Origin: Muribaculaceae bacterium
GTDB taxonomy: Bacteria; Bacteroidota; Bacteroidia; Bacteroidales; Muribaculaceae
Assembly (NCBI GenBank): GCA_045646905.1
Contig: JAZRLP010000022.1
Span: 37,627 to 101,626 of the forward strand
Direction of reading: 5' to 3'
DNA length: 64,000 bases
This document shows positions 59,588-64,000 of this stretch, one piece after another (position 1 is the first letter of the stretch; each line of letters begins with the position of its first letter). The notes beneath the pieces were generated by a model that did no database searches, was not told where the DNA came from, and was given only the letters and a program-made list of their open reading frames with translations. A program made the translations under genes and the position numbers.

Positions 59588-60814
59588 TTATGTAAACGAA
59601 AGTGTAGAAATGTTTTTTGCGATTGATTCGGCTACTTGGCGCACTTGCTCGGCGGTTATGGCATTGATGCGAGCAAGAATCTCGTCGGATGAAGCAACAT
59701 GGTTGTGATATAGCATAGCACGGCCTGTTGAGATTGCTGCTTGTTCGCGATTTTCCGATGCCACGATTAGTTGACCGAGATATTGTTTTTTTGCTGCTTC
59801 TATTTGTTTTGTCGAGAGTGTATCCGATGCTAAAGTATAAAGCTGGTTCATCACCAATCTTCGGCAACGATTGTGGTCGTTGTGGTCACAACCAAAGTAT
59901 ATGGCGAAAGCACCGCTATCGGTAAACATTGCCGAAGACGCTTCAACGGTATATACCAATCCTCGGCGTTCACGAAGAGATACATTAAGAAGTGAATTCA
60001 TACCCGGTCCTCCGATAATGTTGGTGAATAGGGCAGTTGGGTATCGTTGTTCGGAATACATACCTTCAATGTGGCTGCCCATTATTGTGTGGCATTGATG
60101 GTTGCCAAGGTTGCGTTTGATGTCAAATGTGGCAACTCTTGAGGGGGCAACGCGATTAATGGGCGCTAATTGGTTAGCGAGTGAGCCAAAATGTTTTTCG
60201 ATAACTTTAAATACCTTTGATGGGCGTTCGCTTCCCATATAGAAAAATACCATATTGGGAGCTGTATAGTATCGTGCAAGATAATCTTTGCACACTTCCG
60301 ATGTAAATGTTGCAATTGTTGAGGTATTACCAAGAATATTGTGACCTAATGATGAACTATCAAATATCAGGTCTTCAAAGTCATCAAATATGGCTTCGGA
60401 TGGGCTATCGAGGTATGAATTAATCTCATCGGCTACCACTTCGCGCTCTTTGTTAAGTTCTGCTGCTGGGAATTGCGATGAGGAAACAAGGTCGGCAATA
60501 AGATCTATTGCTCTATTGAGGTTCCCCGAGGGGAAGATAGAGTAGAGCATAGTCTCCTCTTTAGTGGTGTAGGCGTTGAGTTCGCCCCCTACAGCCTCCA
60601 TACGATTGATAATGTGCCATGAGCGTCGATGGTTAGTGCCTTTAAAAATGGTGTGCTCCACAAAGTGAGCCAAGCCATAATGCGTGGGCATCTCATCACG
60701 ACTACCCACATTTATAGCAACACCACAATACTCAACGCTCGAAGAGGATTGGCGATGCACGATGCGTAGCCCATTGGCGAGTGTGTGATATGAATAGATG
60801 TTATTGTCGGCCAT
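59588..60814 (-). CDS. M16 family (pitrilysin/insulinase-like) metallopeptidase
   Basis: 408 aa with the inverted zinc motif region GLAHFVEHTIFKGT (HxxEH). Confidence 0.85.
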   Translation of the reverse strand: MADNNIYSYHTLANGLRIVHRQSSSSVEYCGVAINVGSRDEMPTHYGLAHFVEHTIFKGTNHRRSWHIINRMEAVGGELNAYTTKEETMLYSIFPSGNLNRAIDLIADLVSSSQFPAAELNKEREVVADEINSYLDSPSEAIFDDFEDLIFDSSSLGHNILGNTSTIATFTSEVCKDYLARYYTAPNMVFFYMGSERPSKVFKVIEKHFGSLANQLAPINRVAPSRVATFDIKRNLGNHQCHTIMGSHIEGMYSEQRYPTALFTNIIGGPGMNSLLNVSLRERRGLVYTVEASSAMFTDSGAFAIYFGCDHNDHNRCRRLVMNQLYTLASDTLSTKQIEAAKKQYLGQLIVASENREQAAISTGRAMLYHNHVASSDEILARINAITAEQVRQVAESIAKNISTLSFT

Positions 60815-60822
60815 AGCAGTTG

Positions 60823-62646
60823 TTATGCTGGGTCAACCCAGTCACCTTCCGATTTTATGAGTTCAATAAGTCGGGGAATAGCCTCATCGGTGGGGATATT
60901 TTTTTCAATGCAAGTTTTGTTTTTGTATAGACTCACTTTACCCACTCCTGCACCTACATAACCATAGTCGGCATCGGCCATTTCGCCTGGTCCATTCACA
61001 ATGCAACCCATCACACCTATTTTCAAACCTTTGAGGTGTGCTGTGGCTTCTTTTACTGCTTTCACAGTTGATTGCAAGTCAAAAAGCGTGCGACCACAAC
61101 CTGGGCAAGAGATGTATTCGGTGCGAGAGATGCGCAATCGTGCTGCTTGGAGAATGCCAAACGATAGGCGTGCCACAGTAGCCACTTCTACTTGAGGAGC
61201 ATTGAGCCAAACTCCGTCGTGATTGCCATTAAGTAGCATTGAGCCCAAGTCGGCAGCCGCCATAAGTGTAACATCCTCGAGTGAAGCATTGGCATAATCC
61301 ACACGCATCACAATGGGATTTTTAATGCCTCCTTCAACGCATTTATGAGCAAATGCCTGCATTTCGCCAGGCGCATTGAGGTGATTGCTGTGTAATATGA
61401 TAACGACAGTGCTATCAATTGCTGAAACTACTTCATCGATAGATGTTGAGGCATTGACTTCAAGGAATTTTATAGGAGCATTACACTCTTTAATTGCTTC
61501 GCGTTGTTGCCATGTGAATAATTGGCAATAAGGTGTTGAATTACCAGTATAAGGAACAATGATTTTGTCATCGTTCACATGTGAGGGAATGTTCCCGTCG
61601 GAGATATAGAAATAGTCGGGAGTGCAACCATCGGCATATTTAGTGGCATAACCATTGGCAATGACGATGGGCAATGCATCGCCACCAATGTTGGCTATCG
61701 CGATGCTTGGGCGACGCAATGGGGCTTCGTAGCAATAACCATCATAGTGATTAGCTTCAATGCGAGGAGCATCGGCGCGTTGTGCGATATATTTAACCAA
61801 CGCATCGGCTACAGGTATCTCACACTCGGGTTCTTCGCTCAACGACACTCTTATTGTGTCGCCAATCCCCTCGGCGAGGAGTGTGCCTATCCCTACGGCC
61901 GATTTCACGCGACCATCTTCGCCATCACCAGCCTCGGTAACGCCAAGGTGTAATGGAAATTGCATCCCTTCATGCTCCATAGCAACAACCAATCGGCGCA
62001 TAGTTTCAACCATAATCACCGTGTTTGATGCTTTGATTGAAATTACTACATTGAGGAAGTTTTGTGCCACGCACACACGAAGAAATTCCATTGCCGATTC
62101 AACCATGCCGGCGGGAGTGTCGCCATATCGGCTCATGATGCGATCCGATAATGAGCCATGGTTGACTCCAATGCGTATCGCAGTATTGTTTTTGCGACAA
62201 AGGTCAATAAATGGCACAAATGTCGCTTCTATTTTTTTTATCTCTTCGGCATATTCTTCGTCGGTATAGGAGAGTTGTTGGAATGTACGACCGGGGTCAA
62301 CAAAATTGCCTGGATTGATGCGCACTTTTTCCACCACCTCGGCAGCAGCAAAGGCCGCTCGAGGGTTGAAATGTATGTCGGCAACAAGTGGTGTTGTTAC
62401 ACCACCTTCACGCAGTTGAGCTTTTATGTTGCCAAGGTTTTCGGCTTCGCGCACTCCTTGCGCAGTGAGTCTTATATATGATGCGCCAGCTTGAGCAATG
62501 CGACCACATTGCGCCACCGACCCCTCGGTGTCCATTGTTGATGTTGATGCCATTGACTGCAATCTTATGGGATAATCGCTACCCAATGGAGTGCCACCAA
62601 TATTTACGGCAACAGTTTTGCGACGATTATAATTGAATATGCTCAT
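60823..62646 (-). CDS. ispG: (E)-4-hydroxy-3-methylbut-2-enyl-diphosphate synthase (long Bacteroidetes-type IspG)
   Basis: 607 aa. The N-terminal TIM-barrel region (IRLQSM..., VADIHF) and C-terminal 4Fe-4S region (ISCPGCGRT, GCIVNGPGE) are separated by an insert domain. Confidence 0.9.
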   Translation of the reverse strand: MSIFNYNRRKTVAVNIGGTPLGSDYPIRLQSMASTSTMDTEGSVAQCGRIAQAGASYIRLTAQGVREAENLGNIKAQLREGGVTTPLVADIHFNPRAAFAAAEVVEKVRINPGNFVDPGRTFQQLSYTDEEYAEEIKKIEATFVPFIDLCRKNNTAIRIGVNHGSLSDRIMSRYGDTPAGMVESAMEFLRVCVAQNFLNVVISIKASNTVIMVETMRRLVVAMEHEGMQFPLHLGVTEAGDGEDGRVKSAVGIGTLLAEGIGDTIRVSLSEEPECEIPVADALVKYIAQRADAPRIEANHYDGYCYEAPLRRPSIAIANIGGDALPIVIANGYATKYADGCTPDYFYISDGNIPSHVNDDKIIVPYTGNSTPYCQLFTWQQREAIKECNAPIKFLEVNASTSIDEVVSAIDSTVVIILHSNHLNAPGEMQAFAHKCVEGGIKNPIVMRVDYANASLEDVTLMAAADLGSMLLNGNHDGVWLNAPQVEVATVARLSFGILQAARLRISRTEYISCPGCGRTLFDLQSTVKAVKEATAHLKGLKIGVMGCIVNGPGEMADADYGYVGAGVGKVSLYKNKTCIEKNIPTDEAIPRLIELIKSEGDWVDPA

Positions 62647-62660
62647 CTATTAGAGATTGA

Positions 62661-63167
62661 TTAATCTACTTTAAAATTGTATTTTACATTTTTGAGGTCA
62701 TCGTTGGCCTTAACGATTTTTTCTGAAAGAGTGGCGCGATAGTTGGCAAAGCGTTTAGCAAGAGCTTCATCGCCAAGAGCAAGAATTTGAACAGCCATTA
62801 CAGCCGCGTTCATGCCATTGTTGATGCCCACAGTAGCCACAGAGATGCCAGGAGGCATTTGTACGATTGAAAGTAGTGCATCAACACCATCGAGAGTTGA
62901 ATTGATGGGGAGACCAATCACAGGTAGGGGAGTCATTGCTGCAATTACACCTGGAAGGGCTGCGGCCATACCAGCTGCTGCGATGATGACTTTAATTCCG
63001 CGACCTTCGGCATTACGAGCAAACTCTTCAACCTCGCCTGGAGTGCGGTGAGCCGAGAGAGCGTTCATTTCAAATGGAACTTCCATTTGATCGAGGAATT
63101 TAGCTGCTTTTTCGAGGATAGGAAGGTCAGAGGTACTTCCCATGATTATACTAACTACTGGTTTCAT
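62661..63167 (-). CDS. purE: 5-(carboxyamino)imidazole ribonucleotide mutase
   Basis: Has IIMGSTSD, SAHRTP and AAGMAAALPGV motifs. Confidence 0.92.
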   Translation of the reverse strand: MKPVVSIIMGSTSDLPILEKAAKFLDQMEVPFEMNALSAHRTPGEVEEFARNAEGRGIKVIIAAAGMAAALPGVIAAMTPLPVIGLPINSTLDGVDALLSIVQMPPGISVATVGINNGMNAAVMAVQILALGDEALAKRFANYRATLSEKIVKANDDLKNVKYNFKVD

Positions 63168-63190
63168 ATATAAATCTTATTTTATAGTTA

Positions 63191-63871
63191 TTAAATAGTC
63201 AAAATAAATACCCAAAAAAATCCGTTGAGAGTGCCGGCAAGCACTTGTTCCAATGTGTGGCAATTTAGAATGAGGCGAGATGTACCCACGATACCTGCAA
63301 GGATAATGGCGATGCATGTGATATACATATAGTTGAATGTCGCATATCCATTGGCCCATATCGCAAACATTAATGCCACAAGTCCACCCATAGCGGCGCC
63401 ATGTGCGCTAATTTTCCATTTGAGGTTAATTAGAGCCGACACTAAAGCAGCAATGCCACCTCCTATCATAAACATAGGAATCCACTTGGGCGCGTTTACA
63501 TTTGATAGATATATTGCGCTTGCCAAGTAACTTAATACGGTTATTGCATAGGGTATGAGTCGGTCTTTTTGATTATTCACTCCGGGGTCAGAAATTTTGC
63601 CATATCGGTATAAAAGTGCTATAACCGAAATAGGCACCATACATGTGAATGCAAAAATTGCCAACACAACAATCACTCGTGTCGATAACGGAGTAACTAT
63701 GCCTAAAAAAGTGAAATTTAGGGCTATAAAAGCTCCATAGGTAGGGATTAATAACGGAGTGAAAATAGTAGAGAATATTTGGGCCCACAACTCTAAAACC
63801 GACTTTTTTTGAGTTGGCTTTTTGCTCTCTTGGGCTTCGTAAATTTGATATATTTCTTCTTCGGTCATCAT
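63191..63871 (-). CDS. PAP2 superfamily membrane phosphatase
   Basis: 226 aa with about 6 TM segments and an SAHGAAMGG (SxH) motif. Confidence 0.65.
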   Translation of the reverse strand: MMTEEEIYQIYEAQESKKPTQKKSVLELWAQIFSTIFTPLLIPTYGAFIALNFTFLGIVTPLSTRVIVVLAIFAFTCMVPISVIALLYRYGKISDPGVNNQKDRLIPYAITVLSYLASAIYLSNVNAPKWIPMFMIGGGIAALVSALINLKWKISAHGAAMGGLVALMFAIWANGYATFNYMYITCIAIILAGIVGTSRLILNCHTLEQVLAGTLNGFFWVFILTI

Positions 63872-63874
63872 AAA

Positions 63875-64000
63875 TTATAATTCTTTTCTTAAACGAGCTA
63901 CGGGCAACCCTAATCGTTCGCGATATTTGGTAACGGTGCGACGCGCAATGTTGTATCCTTGTTCACCAAGTGCATTGGTGATAGCCTCATCGCTCAATGG
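63875..64000 (-). CDS. rpoN: RNA polymerase sigma-54 factor, C-terminal end (5' part off the window)
   Basis: Minus-strand translation gives [41 protein letters not shown], which contains the RpoN box (ARRTVxKYRE). Confidence 0.8.
   Translation of the reverse strand, partial: PLSDEAITNALGEQGYNIARRTVTKYRERLGLPVARLRKEL

Noticed and set aside
61760-62269. 169-aa + strand ORF (and the neighbouring 62158..62481 and 61747..61953 ORFs)
   Set aside because: It is antisense to ispG, whose identity is unambiguous. The Ser/Arg/Thr/Ala-rich translation is typical of the reverse frame of a conserved gene.

Overview
This window looks like a chromosomal segment of a Bacteroidota genome, probably Bacteroidales. 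It is AT-rich by eye and has recurrent TAnnTTTG '-7' promoter boxes, many Cys-lipobox lipoproteins and two proteins with T9SS-type C-terminal sorting domains. I saw no transposase, integrase, CRISPR array, rRNA or recognisable defence genes. Most of the window is housekeeping: tatA/tatC, fabD, a SulP transporter, a lipid kinase, a DbpA-like helicase, mdh, speA, truA, dusB, ispG, purE, an M16 peptidase and the 3' end of rpoN. There is one tRNA-Gly(CCC). Accessory content is as follows. (1) A BtuF/C/D-like ABC importer is interrupted by a POT-family MFS gene. (2) A 1151-aa BspA-like LRR protein carries a T9SS sorting domain. (3) An N-acyl/O-acyl transferase pair resembles the Bacteroidales glycine-lipid genes, next to a four-gene glycosylation operon. 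(4) A vitamin B12 uptake locus has two cobalamin riboswitches: one precedes a TonB-dependent receptor and two surface lipoproteins, the other precedes a DUF4465-like lipoprotein. (5) A partial nonulosonic-acid (NeuB/LegI-like) surface-polysaccharide cluster is followed by a membrane-anchored TPR-HTH regulator. A second, diverged regulator sits behind a 3' remnant of another neuB-like gene. The observations I rate highest all come from the sequence alone. Two sequence-related orphan promoter-to-terminator units lie in oversized convergent intergenic gaps and are candidate paralogous sRNAs. A third unit has the same layout, and a similar terminator-containing leader sits upstream of the LRR gene. 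A 22-nt exact repeat, itself an 11-mer tandem, brackets the second regulator gene. A G9 tract in a leader sets the reading frame of an upstream ORF, and a G8 tract lies inside a B12-locus lipoprotein gene. An SDR epimerase gene encodes its Rossmann motif upstream of any canonical start codon, in the -1 frame of the preceding GT2 gene. Four genes have a -7 box exactly 4 nt from the ATG, which implies leaderless mRNAs. I found no clearly complete novel multi-gene system. All functional calls are by-eye motif recognition and need database confirmation.
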